This document shows, piece after piece, positions 37,425 through 47,192 of a DNA stretch of 49,982 nucleotides. Source of the stretch: an uncultured Rhodopirellula sp. Lineage in GTDB: Bacteria > Planctomycetota > Planctomycetia > Pirellulales > Pirellulaceae. Position numbers and translations under genes: made by a program. Position 1 is the stretch's first letter. Every line of letters starts with the position of its first letter. The notes under the pieces are model-generated. The model searched no databases and was not told where the DNA came from. It saw only the letters and a list, made by a program, of their open reading frames with translations. The DNA lies in NCBI GenBank assembly GCA_964007735.1, contig CAXGAI010000014.1, forward strand, positions 62,001 through 111,982, in the 5' to 3' direction.

Positions 37425-37643
37425 ATGACCGTGACCAGTATCTACCTTAAACCTTCCTCTAAATATTACTCTGCGCGCCATAAAATTCAAAGGGGGCAGT
37501 GGTGTGATAAAAGCACCAAAACAACAACCAAATGTATGGTTGGAAAGTTTGAGGAGCCATTTATTGTCAGCGATTCTTTTGTTGTGCGATGCGATGATTG
37601 GATTGTGATTCAAGTACTGATTTTATTCAGTAGAATAGCGTAG
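37425..37643 (+). pseudogene. Degenerate tyrosine-integrase N-terminal (arm-binding) fragment
   Basis: TSIYLKPSSKYYSARHKIQRGQWCDKSTKTTTK resembles integrase N-termini of the form MASIY.R..S.YW.A.....G.W..KST.T.DK; no catalytic domain follows. Confidence 0.45.
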
Positions 37644-37724
37644 TAGGACGGTGCATATAGATTGCCCAACATCATTTGCATGCCCTTCCCAATTGTCTGA
37701 TAAGCACTTAGGTAATCAAACTTA

Positions 37725-38564
37725 ATGGATAGCTCTATGATTCGACTAATTTCTAGCATGTTTGTTTTATTCGGAATGATGAACAGTGCTGTTTCTGCGG
37801 AACCGATAGCGATAGCCCATCGTGGGCTTTTGCGTCATGCTCCGGAAAATACGTTGTCGTCTTTTGCTGCTTGTCTTGAACTAAGAATGGGTATAGAGCT
37901 TGATATCAGAACCACCTCCGACGGACACCTCGTTGTTATTCATGATGATAATTTGCAGCGTACAACGAATGGGCCTTCCAAATCGATTCGCAACATATCG
38001 CTGGCGGATGTGAAAAAGCTTGATGCAGGAAGTTGGTTCGATATTGCTTATCGAAACGAACGTGTTCCTACCCTTGAAGAAACCTTTGCTCTGATTCAAA
38101 AGAGAAAGCAGGGCCCCACACTCATTGCCCTGAATGTGAAACATATTACTCGCGAGGGGGAAAGGACGTTAATAAGGTTGATGAATGAATATGATATGTT
38201 CGGAATTTCTTTTGCCTTCGATCAAAGCGATGACGTAAGTAAGCGTCTTAAACAACTGGATCCACGTCTTCTTGTCGGACAAAACGTAAGTCGTGGCTTG
38301 ATAGCAGGAGTCCTTAAGGCGGACTTTGTCGATGTCTTTTTGCTATCGGATACGCCAACCAAAACAGAGGTGGAAACATTGCATGAGCACCATAAACTGG
38401 CATTGTTCAACTATGCCGGGGCCGGAGATAATCGCCGGAGTCCTGTTGCGTGGCGTCAGGCTCGTGCTGCAGGTGTTGATGGAATGCTGACAGATTATCC
38501 AACGTTATGTCAGCAGCTTTGGCGAGCAGATCAAATGCAGCACGATTCACCGGAGAGTGAATAG
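37725..38564 (+). CDS. Glycerophosphodiester phosphodiesterase family protein
   Basis: IAHRG..PENT, IELDIR.T.DG.LVVIHD, LDAGSWF, VPTLEE, GMLTDYP. Confidence 0.92.
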   Translation: MDSSMIRLISSMFVLFGMMNSAVSAEPIAIAHRGLLRHAPENTLSSFAACLELRMGIELDIRTTSDGHLVVIHDDNLQRTTNGPSKSIRNISLADVKKLDAGSWFDIAYRNERVPTLEETFALIQKRKQGPTLIALNVKHITREGERTLIRLMNEYDMFGISFAFDQSDDVSKRLKQLDPRLLVGQNVSRGLIAGVLKADFVDVFLLSDTPTKTEVETLHEHHKLALFNYAGAGDNRRSPVAWRQARAAGVDGMLTDYPTLCQQLWRADQMQHDSPESE

Positions 38565-38635
38565 CAAATTGGTAACATTGAGTGAGCTTTGGAGGATTCG
38601 TTTCAGCAGCATTAAAACGAATCGTTTGATGGAGA

Positions 38636-39232
38636 ATGGAAATGAAACAACGCTATATGATGGTTGTCCTTTTATTGATTTCAGTTTTAGAGGCAGGAGC
38701 TGCCGAGGTTCCGGCAAGTTCCAAAAAACAGGTTCTAGGTTTTACGCCTCGATTGAAAAAAGAAGCGGAGATACGCGCTTCCTTCAAAAAGTTGTCGCAA
38801 GCGGTAGATTTGTTGGACTCCGACGCCCAACTTGAAATTTACCGGGGTGTTCCGCGTGCCTTGGTTGCTGACTTTGAGAAATCTATGAGGACCCGTAATG
38901 CTAACAATAAAGAACTGATGAGCAGATATGCATCCGTCTTTTACGCTCAAGGAGAAACGGCCAGTAGAAAAGATTCTGAAAAATTACTCGCACTGGTAAA
39001 AACGCCCCGATCTTTTAAGGAGTTCTCAGGATTCAAGCTTTGCGGGTGGTTTCATCCAAACTACGCCCTTGTTTGGACCAAGGGGAAAAGGGTCGTGGAA
39101 ATACACGTCTGCCTTACCTGTCATGAAATTAAGATCTTTCATTCACGCTTAGAGATCTATTGCGAAATAGACAACGATGCTTACCAGCAATTGTTAGGAT
39201 TCGGGAAGGCTTTGGAGGAAGAATCAAAGTAA
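38636..39232 (+). CDS. Secreted hypothetical protein
   Basis: Signal peptide; KLCGWFHPNY and HVCLTCHE motifs. Confidence 0.7.
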   Translation: MEMKQRYMMVVLLLISVLEAGAAEVPASSKKQVLGFTPRLKKEAEIRASFKKLSQAVDLLDSDAQLEIYRGVPRALVADFEKSMRTRNANNKELMSRYASVFYAQGETASRKDSEKLLALVKTPRSFKEFSGFKLCGWFHPNYALVWTKGKRVVEIHVCLTCHEIKIFHSRLEIYCEIDNDAYQQLLGFGKALEEESK

Positions 39233-39837
39233 TGGAAGAAATTGAAGAGATATCGATTCCCTGGGGCAATTTGTTTTTTGGTTGCTTGGTTTTTAGCGTG
39301 GTTATTACATTGATGGGAACTGTCCTGGGCGGGTGGTCGATTCTTCGTTTGGGGCTTGATGCCGTATTGCTATACCTGGCCTATGTTCCTGTAATCGTGC
39401 TTATTTTTACGCTGTTCTTTTTTTCAGTTGTCTCCATTAAGGTTCTCCTATATTCCGCGCGGTGGGCGAGATATCTGCTCTGCCTGATTCTTTTTTTATT
39501 AGCGGCTCCCCCTGCTGCTTTTATGATTCTTATTCCTCAAATTCTTTTGGGAGGAGGCTTGTTAGTATTTGAAAAAATGAATTATCGTGTCAACGGCTGG
39601 GAATGGCTCTTTGTATTGACCTATTACCCTGTAGTCTTTTATTTCGCACTTATTTGGTCAATTAAGCTTTATAGAATATTAAGATATGGTCGCCCATTCT
39701 CTTCCTTGTGGAAGAAGGTACATAAATACGCCAATGATTACACCGGCGCGGAGGCGAGCCTTAGAAAATTAAGTGCAGGCTTGTCGAAGCGGTCTCGTCG
39801 GCGCGAAGCTCGACTCCAAACACCCGATGACCAGTAA
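39232..39837 (+). CDS. Hypothetical multi-TM membrane protein
   Basis: Four to five hydrophobic helices; TAATG overlap with the upstream stop supports a start at 39232. Confidence 0.65.
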   Translation: MEEIEEISIPWGNLFFGCLVFSVVITLMGTVLGGWSILRLGLDAVLLYLAYVPVIVLIFTLFFFSVVSIKVLLYSARWARYLLCLILFLLAAPPAAFMILIPQILLGGGLLVFEKMNYRVNGWEWLFVLTYYPVVFYFALIWSIKLYRILRYGRPFSSLWKKVHKYANDYTGAEASLRKLSAGLSKRSRRREARLQTPDDQ

Positions 39838-39928
39838 AGTTTCCGACTGTCTAATAGATGGTTTAGAATCGATTCTACTGGTGAGTTTTGGTTTGTGTTT
39901 TAAGTGTTTTTAGTTGTGGGTGAAAACG

Positions 39929-40096
39929 ATGGATGGAGATGGTGGTGATGGTTATGGCAATTCAGCCGCGGATGGACCACCAGAACCAGATTGCCCTGAA
40001 CGAAAAATGTTGTTGCGTATCCTTCTTTATTTCATGGTCTGTGTGACTCTGGCTATCTATGTTTGGCAACTACTTTACGACTCGTATATTAAGTAA
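39929..40096 (+). CDS. Small single-TM protein
   Basis: Acidic Gly/Pro-rich N-terminus followed by one TM helix. Confidence 0.4.
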   Translation: MDGDGGDGYGNSAADGPPEPDCPERKMLLRILLYFMVCVTLAIYVWQLLYDSYIK

Positions 40097-40331
40097 GAGT
40101 GCGAGCAGGCGAACCGTATTCGCGTTGGGCTTGTACATGTTTATACCGTCGGATTTGTAAGGTAAACGGACGACGGATTCTACTGTGCGGAAGATTATTT
40201 GGGCTGCTTGCCCCAACGGAACACTGGGACAGCCGGGTGGTTTTGAGAAAATGTTGGGTAGCACTGCAACTCGTTTTATCAATATTGCAACGAAGTGCCT
40301 GATATGTTTTGGTTACATGAGAATTGTCGGA

Positions 40332-41087
40332 CTACCGTTTGTTTCTTTGAGCGATTAGTTGAGAGCATCCTTGGGCACATGCGAACGCGGTGCTGGCGAT
40401 TCCCAGCGATAAAAGAAAAAGCCCGAGGGTTCCGAAGACTTCCAGGGTGGGCACTAAAAAATTAGTAACACCCGCCACCAACGCACCAATTTCTATCAGA
40501 GCCGGTTCTAGAAGTTTCTCTCGCCTGACAATACTGGAAAGATCCTTGAGTTCCCTCGCCATGAAATGGAGAGAAGACAACCATAGCCAATAGGCGATTA
40601 AAAAGACGGGGAAGGTCGCGGTCATGCCGGCTATCACTCCGTTTGTTCCCGCTCCAGCCTCCACGACAATTAGAGGTACAACGAAGAAAATGAAACAGAT
40701 AGGAATTAAGATAGATGCGGTCCAGAGCAGTAGTGAGAACCGAACTTTTGTTCGGCTTTTGATGAGTGACCCTGAACATACCCAAAGGATATGGCCAAAA
40801 GTACCTAGACAAATTGCGAGCGGAATTAACAGAAGCGAAAACAAGGTAAAGGTAGACGGTAAAGTGATTCCGTAATCAGATTGGAACTTAGTTTGGGACG
40901 TAATTTGCTCATATAGCAATTTGCCTGTGATGAAACAGTTAATTGCATTACCCGATACTAAAAGCCACATAGCGATACGTGTTGATTTTGCCTGCGACAA
41001 ATCAAAGGTTGATTCGAAAGAAGTTTCTTTCAATTCTTCATAATCATCCGCCTGGAATGGATTGCCTTTTAGTTTCGGGATTTGCAA
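40332..41087 (-). CDS. Hypothetical multi-TM membrane protein
   Basis: About six hydrophobic helices; NPFQA motif near the N-terminus. Confidence 0.65.
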   Translation of the reverse strand: MQIPKLKGNPFQADDYEELKETSFESTFDLSQAKSTRIAMWLLVSGNAINCFITGKLLYEQITSQTKFQSDYGITLPSTFTLFSLLLIPLAICLGTFGHILWVCSGSLIKSRTKVRFSLLLWTASILIPICFIFFVVPLIVVEAGAGTNGVIAGMTATFPVFLIAYWLWLSSLHFMARELKDLSSIVRREKLLEPALIEIGALVAGVTNFLVPTLEVFGTLGLFLLSLGIASTAFACAQGCSQLIAQRNKR

Positions 41088-41254
41088 CGATCCTAGCCTT
41101 TCGATGATTGAATTGTACGGGGGCTCATTGTTATTGATGTAATTTTGGGGGCCGTTAGGCGCGCGAAATCGGTATTAAAGGTGTTTGCACGAGTAGACAC
41201 CCCGCGAGCTACCCTTGCATCCACTAATATGGCCTCAGTTCGGTATATTAAGAG

Positions 41255-42322
41255 TTGTTAGTAAGAGTCACAGTTTCTAAAACCTCAGGCACCCCAATGT
41301 TTGCAATAAGCTCGCGTTTGAAAGAGTTTTGCCTTGTCGCCGGTGTTCTCACCGGCCTGCTTCCTCTCATTGGCATTAGTGAGGTGAAGTCAAGTGAGTT
41401 GGGAAAGTATGGTCGGGAATTACTAGCCTCTGTCAACCAGCGTGTGGAGCAACGGAAGGTCGTTGATTCATCATCTAGTGTGGAGTTTGTTAAAACTTCG
41501 ATATTGATGAGCCAGATTCAGTCGATCGTAAGTCCTCGCAAGTATTCAGAGTTAAGTACCTCGGGGAAAAGATTGCCTGTAACAGTCGAAGATTGTCTTG
41601 AGAATAAAGCTGGTATTTGCGGAAATCAGGTCGCCTGTTTCCTTGCATTGGCTGAATATCTGGAACTTCGAGCACGTCCCGTTGAGTTTTATCTACATGG
41701 CGACGAGCCTGCTGGAAACTCATCTCATATAGGAGTAGAAGTACAGTTTTTAGGTGACTGGCGGTTCTTCGATATTACCTGGGGTACCTTCTTTCGGCGG
41801 AAAGGTAAGATCCTCAATATCAGCCAGGTATTAAAGATGGGAACAACTGCCCGCAGGTGGGCAGTAACCAATGAGCTGGATCAGTGGTACCTGCATTGGA
41901 AACAGGCCGGTCTTGATCCGTTAGTTTACGTTGACCATCCGAGGATGGATATCCTGCGTGGTCGGCAGGGGAATATTCGAATCTTTCCATTTGACTCGAA
42001 CTATACGCCGGTTCATCAACCCGCGTATGTCGGCTTAAATTCTTTACATAAAGATTATGGCCCTCTCGGCATTACCTTAAAAGATCTTCCTTTCGTTAGT
42101 ACGGATTTTGCGATTGAAGTCACAGGGGTGGCGGGAGACGGCGTGCTTGTAATTGCTCAAAAAGATAAGGTATATAGGGTAAAGATTGAATCTATGAAGG
42201 TTGGGACCAACAAATTTGAGTTGCCTTTTGAATTCCAAAACGGTGATATAAAAATAGCGATTCAGCAGCGAAATCCACGTCGAATTGGCTATCTGGTCTA
42301 TTCGAAAATTGAGTTTCAATAA
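41255..42322 (+). CDS. Secreted transglutaminase-like (Cys-His-Asp) protein
   Basis: GICGNQ...LELRARPV...SHIGVEV...WRFFDITW; likely start is ATG 41297. Confidence 0.75.
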   Translation: MLVRVTVSKTSGTPMFAISSRLKEFCLVAGVLTGLLPLIGISEVKSSELGKYGRELLASVNQRVEQRKVVDSSSSVEFVKTSILMSQIQSIVSPRKYSELSTSGKRLPVTVEDCLENKAGICGNQVACFLALAEYLELRARPVEFYLHGDEPAGNSSHIGVEVQFLGDWRFFDITWGTFFRRKGKILNISQVLKMGTTARRWAVTNELDQWYLHWKQAGLDPLVYVDHPRMDILRGRQGNIRIFPFDSNYTPVHQPAYVGLNSLHKDYGPLGITLKDLPFVSTDFAIEVTGVAGDGVLVIAQKDKVYRVKIESMKVGTNKFELPFEFQNGDIKIAIQQRNPRRIGYLVYSKIEFQ

Positions 42323-42323
42323 T

Positions 42324-43694
42324 TCAGTCGCCGACCCGATAGAGATGGGTGGTGGAGCGTAAAATGATTGAGTCGCCGGCTACTGCGGGCGAGGCGATAA
42401 AGCTCCCATCGAATTCGTTTCGGGCAATTAAATCGTGCTTGCCATCGGACACGTTTAAGACGGAAATGACTCCTTGCTTACTACTGAAGTACATCTTGCC
42501 AGCGGAATAGATTGGCGAAGCCCAGTGGTCCCCACCAATTCTCATGATCCACAGCTGCTCACCAGTCCGAGGATTGAGACAGCGTACGACACCTCCTTTT
42601 GAAGTCACCAGGAAGAGGCCTTCGTTGGTGACGACCGGTGAAGGGATATGTGGCGTACTTTTGGTAGTAGACCAAACGATATGGGTTTTCGTGACATCCC
42701 CCTTCCCACCGGGATCGATGGCCATGAGATAACCTGTCAGGCCACTCGTGAACACATAGACCAGACCATGTGCATAAAGAGGTCGGGCCGAGACGTTAAA
42801 ACCACCGGGATGCATAACACGCCAGAGTTCATCACCATTACGAGGGTCATAGGCAATCGTCGCTTCCGCTGCCGGGGCAACGAGCTGCCTCTTCCCGTCC
42901 ACGTTAATGAGGGTAGCTGTAGCAAACGACTTCTTGTTGTCATTAGGCTTGCCTCCTTTACCCGAGGAGAATCCAGCCGCACTTAGAGTGTCCTCCCAAT
43001 TGGTATCGATGTTGCGGTCGGACTTCCATACGGTTTTTCCGTTTTGTTTGTTCAAGGCAATGAAGAATTGTTGATCAGTTCCATCGAACGCGACATAGAG
43101 ATTATCTTGATCGACGATAGGGGACGACCCCTGGCGTACCGGTTGATAAATACGAAGGTCGCGGCGTCCCCATAATAGTTTACCGGTCTTTCGGTTTATA
43201 CAGGCAATTCCCTGCGAGCCAAAGCTGACAAAAACGTAGTCTTGCTCAACAACGGCGGTAGGGGTGGCTGGGCTGTTGAGATGGGGGGAATCATACTTGT
43301 AAGCCGGGTCAAGTGGCCGAGCGATCATCTTAAATACAAGAATATCTTTAACGACCCGACCGTTCTTTAGGTTGATACAATAGGCACGCAGTTCACCACG
43401 TTCGTTGTCTCCACTGGTGACCCATATCTCGTTCTCCCAAACGACTGGAGAAGACCAGCCTGATGCATGGATCGGGGTTTTCCAGCGCATGTTTTTTGTT
43501 TCGTCAAATTCAACAGGTAAACTACTGGAAGTTGAAATCCCGGTGCCCTTGGGCCCACGAAATTGATTCCAGTTGGCAGGCGTTTGGGCATAGGCAATGG
43601 GGCTAAAGAGGACTATTGCAAGTAATGAGATGGAGTTGTTCACAAGTTGATCATCCTGAGCATGGTGTGTGAATTTGGATTGGATTGATAGCAA
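42324..43694 (-). CDS. Secreted PQQ-binding-like beta-propeller protein
   Basis: WNQFRGP, GWSSPVV, SPATPT, GSSPIV, IASPAV; the true start is probably GTG ~43643. Confidence 0.9.
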   Translation of the reverse strand: MLSIQSKFTHHAQDDQLVNNSISLLAIVLFSPIAYAQTPANWNQFRGPKGTGISTSSSLPVEFDETKNMRWKTPIHASGWSSPVVWENEIWVTSGDNERGELRAYCINLKNGRVVKDILVFKMIARPLDPAYKYDSPHLNSPATPTAVVEQDYVFVSFGSQGIACINRKTGKLLWGRRDLRIYQPVRQGSSPIVDQDNLYVAFDGTDQQFFIALNKQNGKTVWKSDRNIDTNWEDTLSAAGFSSGKGGKPNDNKKSFATATLINVDGKRQLVAPAAEATIAYDPRNGDELWRVMHPGGFNVSARPLYAHGLVYVFTSGLTGYLMAIDPGGKGDVTKTHIVWSTTKSTPHIPSPVVTNEGLFLVTSKGGVVRCLNPRTGEQLWIMRIGGDHWASPIYSAGKMYFSSKQGVISVLNVSDGKHDLIARNEFDGSFIASPAVAGDSIILRSTTHLYRVGD

Positions 43695-43795
43695 TAAGTT
43701 GTTTATCAGCCGAGCGTTGGTTTGTTATATAATAGATGCCGGCCAAGTTCAAAAAGAGGCCAGGTTTGATTTTTCTATTATTCAGGGAGTTTCCC

Positions 43796-44521
43796 ATGTT
43801 TCGATCCGTTCCATTAGTGATAGCCGTCCTTGTTTTCTGCGTGTCCGGGCTGCTGCGGGCAGAGGAGCAAGTCTCGCCGAAACGTGCGTATATTGACGGT
43901 ACGGGCCCGGGGTGGGTTGCGCTCACCGAAAAGGATTTTGTGGACGTCAATGGTGATGAAGAAACGTGGACCTTTGATGGCACGTACGTTACAGGCACCG
44001 GTAAACCAATAGGAGTGAATCGGACTGTCAAGACATATAAGAACTTCGAAATTGTTTATGAATGGAAACACATGAAACACGCCGGAAACTCCGGGATGTT
44101 TCTATGGGTTCAGAAAGATGCCTTGGACATTCTTAAGCCCAATCAACTTCCCCGCAGTGGTATTGAGATCCAGGCCTTGGATCATGGCTATCAGGAGAAT
44201 TGGATCAAAAAAAATGGCAAGAAGTCGGAATGGTTTACCACCAATGGTGATGTTTTTGCGGTCGGTAAATCGACGTTCAAACCCTTTGAACCTATTTCGC
44301 CTAATGGAAAACGCAGCTTTCCCCGCAAAGACCGCAGTAACGGTTTTGGTAAATGGAATCATTATTACGTCCGCGCGATTAACGGGGAAGTAAGGCTGTG
44401 GGTCAACGGCGAAGAGGTGTCCGGAGGCTCAGATTGCAATCCCGCAGAAGGTCATCTTTGTCTGGAAGCGGAAGGGTCTGAAATCCACTTTCGCAATATA
44501 CGTATTCGTGAACTTCCCTAA
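43796..44521 (+). CDS. DUF1080 (3-keto-disaccharide hydrolase-like) protein
   Basis: GNSGMF, IEIQALD, WNHYYV, LWVNG, GHLCLEAEG..IHFRNIRIREL; GGGAG RBS before ATG 43796. Confidence 0.92.
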   Translation: MFRSVPLVIAVLVFCVSGLLRAEEQVSPKRAYIDGTGPGWVALTEKDFVDVNGDEETWTFDGTYVTGTGKPIGVNRTVKTYKNFEIVYEWKHMKHAGNSGMFLWVQKDALDILKPNQLPRSGIEIQALDHGYQENWIKKNGKKSEWFTTNGDVFAVGKSTFKPFEPISPNGKRSFPRKDRSNGFGKWNHYYVRAINGEVRLWVNGEEVSGGSDCNPAEGHLCLEAEGSEIHFRNIRIRELP

Positions 44522-44534
44522 GTCGATTCAGTAA

Positions 44535-46118
44535 TCAGTCGTAATCTCGCCTGACAAGGGCAATAGCCTGATTAGCAAGGCGTCGGGAATGTTTTTGTTT
44601 GATAGGGCTTTGCACGAATCGGTTTAGTGCGGCCAGAAGCACAGCTTGAGTTTTTTTAGGGGCTCTTTGAAGTTCCGCCTGTACCGCTACAGTGGTCTTC
44701 AGATAGTGCGCCACGAAAATTGGTGCGCGTATTCCGCTGTCGAGAATAATCTCGTGTGTCTTTGAGAAGAATTGTTCTTCGTTCTGCACTGCCCACTGTT
44801 CCCGGTTGACGCTTAAATCACGAAAACGCTGGTTGCGTCCGATAAAACAAGCCATTTGTAATAATCCTTGCTGCCAAAACTCAGGGAATCTTTCGCATTG
44901 TTCCCGTACGGCATTTGCAAAGGTGATGGCATGTGTAAATCCCAGCCATCCGACGTTGTCGGCCACAGAATTGTTGACCCGCGCTTCGTTATTTAGGTCA
45001 AACAGGAGTAGGTTTTCAGCACAAATATGGAGAAGGCTATGGTAGATGGAATTTGCGGTGTAGCGGTATGTAGCTTGCGCCGTCCACTGCAATGCACCTG
45101 AAATTCCGCCTGATTGCAAACCAGTTAAATCATCAATAAGTGTTTCAGTGCCGAAGGATTCCGCGCAGCTGTTTAGTGCGGGCCGATATTCGGAAAACTC
45201 AGGGATTAAATCTTCACGAGTGGTGTAACATAAGTGTCTTGCCAGTGGAATAAGAATCTGGGGGGCGTAGACACTGCCTAAGTGCTGTAGCAGTTCTCGG
45301 GCTTTTTGCACATAGATTAGTGAGTGACCAAAATCGTTATAATGGGCCAGTGCCGACTGCGTAAGTTCTCGTTCGCAGGTTTTCAGAGGTTGTTCTGCAT
45401 GGCTGGCGGTGAGCATCATGGATTCGACGGACGCCCGGTCCTCATCTTCAATGCCTTCGCAAAATGCTACCCCGTTCCATGGAATATCTTCAGCGAAGTG
45501 AGGATATTCCGGATGGCGTAAAGCATCAAAAGCCATGTGATTTACGGTTTCTGCCAGGCAGACTAATTGCTTATCCCAGTGGCCCTTATAGTGATTGTAG
45601 AGCGTTAGCCAGTCTGCACAGGCGGCGAATGCGTGGGTCGTCCCGTATTCGAATTTATCATAGGACCAATTCAGACCATGCTGGACTGCAATCAGTGGGT
45701 CGAGGCCACTGAAATGGAGTCGGCTGATCTCACGGCAGATGCGTCCGTACTCCTGTTTTTGGAATGCAACCTTTAACCCATCTAAAATCCGGCGTTCCGT
45801 TATATCTGCCGGCGGAGGTGAAAGATCGATCAGAATGTGCTCTCCTTCCTGCCTGACCTGATATGCACGAACGTGATCGCCGCCGAGGATACAATCCCCA
45901 TCGACGAGTCGGAACTTCCAATTATGCCAGTTGCATGTGATAACACAATTATCGTCGACAGTGCCTTCCGCTAGTGGGTATCCTTCATGGGGACAACGGT
46001 TGTCAATGGCATAAAGTCCCTTTGCTGTTTGGTAAACGGCGATTTGCAGTCTTTGGTGTCTGAAAACAATAGGACCGTTGGTTAGTTGGTCAACGGTACA
46101 AACGGATACCCAAGACAT
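44535..46118 (-). CDS. Rieske [2Fe-2S] ferredoxin domain fused to a ~420-aa helical domain of unknown function
   Basis: NRCPHEG...TCNWHNW (CxH...CxxH) in aa 1-100; His-bearing helical C-terminal region. Confidence 0.85.
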   Translation of the reverse strand: MSWVSVCTVDQLTNGPIVFRHQRLQIAVYQTAKGLYAIDNRCPHEGYPLAEGTVDDNCVITCNWHNWKFRLVDGDCILGGDHVRAYQVRQEGEHILIDLSPPPADITERRILDGLKVAFQKQEYGRICREISRLHFSGLDPLIAVQHGLNWSYDKFEYGTTHAFAACADWLTLYNHYKGHWDKQLVCLAETVNHMAFDALRHPEYPHFAEDIPWNGVAFCEGIEDEDRASVESMMLTASHAEQPLKTCERELTQSALAHYNDFGHSLIYVQKARELLQHLGSVYAPQILIPLARHLCYTTREDLIPEFSEYRPALNSCAESFGTETLIDDLTGLQSGGISGALQWTAQATYRYTANSIYHSLLHICAENLLLFDLNNEARVNNSVADNVGWLGFTHAITFANAVREQCERFPEFWQQGLLQMACFIGRNQRFRDLSVNREQWAVQNEEQFFSKTHEIILDSGIRAPIFVAHYLKTTVAVQAELQRAPKKTQAVLLAALNRFVQSPIKQKHSRRLANQAIALVRRDYD

Positions 46119-46236
46119 AGCTTACTTTCTCAGTTTTGCGGTCGCTAATGGACGGGGGAATAGATAGTTGCATTAGTAATGATACAATATCAACCAACTT
46201 CAAATATGGTATTTAGGGTTCCTAAGGAATGTACAA

Positions 46237-46995
46237 ATGAAAATGCATAACCTTCGTCAACGTCTCAAAGATCATGAATTGTTGATGGGGACAATGATTA
46301 CGTTATCGAGTCCTGCCGTCACCGAATTGTTAAGTGAGTTGGACTTCGATTGGTTTTTTGTCGACGGTGAGCATGGACCGCTTGAAACGACCGATGTCAT
46401 GGGGATACTTCAGGCTGCGGACCCCGCTGTTCCCTGTATGGTGAGGATCCCGGTTGCCGAGGAAGTCTGGATTAAGAAATTTCTTGATTGTGGCGCATCA
46501 GGTATTATTGCCCCACAAGTGAATTCCCCGGAACAGGCCGCTCAGGTTGTTAGTTGGACGAGGTATGCACCGGAAGGGACTCGTGGCGTCGGATTGGGGC
46601 GTGCACATGGATATGGCGTAAGTTTTGGTGATTATGTACAACGTGCTAACGATGAGATCGCGTGTGTGATTCAGGTTGAACACATTGATGCCGTTCATTG
46701 TGTTGAGGAAACGGTTAAGGTGCCGGGCGTGGATTGTATCTTATTGGGACCGTATGATCTGTCTGCCAGCATGGGAAAGATGGGGCAGGTTGGTGATCCA
46801 GAAGTGATTTCGGCTATTGAGCATGTCACGCAAGTTTGCCAGTCAGCCGGAATGCCACTTGGATATTTTGGTGTGAGTGCAGGGGACATCAAACCTTATG
46901 TAGACCAGGGGTATACACTTGTCGTTGCCGCGACCGACACGATATTCCTGGCTAGTGGTGCTAGGCATTTTCTGAACCAATTGCAGGGCGAATAG
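46237..46995 (+). CDS. HpcH/HpaI class II pyruvate aldolase family protein
   Basis: FDWFFVDGEHG, MVRIP, LDCGA.G...PQV, RY.P.G.RG, IQVE, GPYDLS; AAGGA RBS. Confidence 0.93.
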   Translation: MKMHNLRQRLKDHELLMGTMITLSSPAVTELLSELDFDWFFVDGEHGPLETTDVMGILQAADPAVPCMVRIPVAEEVWIKKFLDCGASGIIAPQVNSPEQAAQVVSWTRYAPEGTRGVGLGRAHGYGVSFGDYVQRANDEIACVIQVEHIDAVHCVEETVKVPGVDCILLGPYDLSASMGKMGQVGDPEVISAIEHVTQVCQSAGMPLGYFGVSAGDIKPYVDQGYTLVVAATDTIFLASGARHFLNQLQGE

Positions 46996-47192
46996 CCGGA
47001 GTTCACGGGACTTCCTATTCGTGCCGTAAACGCTAACGCAGAAAAATCGGACGCCGTAGATGTGTGAGGCATTCTACGACGCCCTTTTGGCGGTCCGAAC
47101 TAACGAACCTCCTACTATCTTTTCCGAAATCTTAATAAATAACAACATTAATCTGAAGAATGAAAGCAAGCTGATTTGATAACAGGGTGTGA

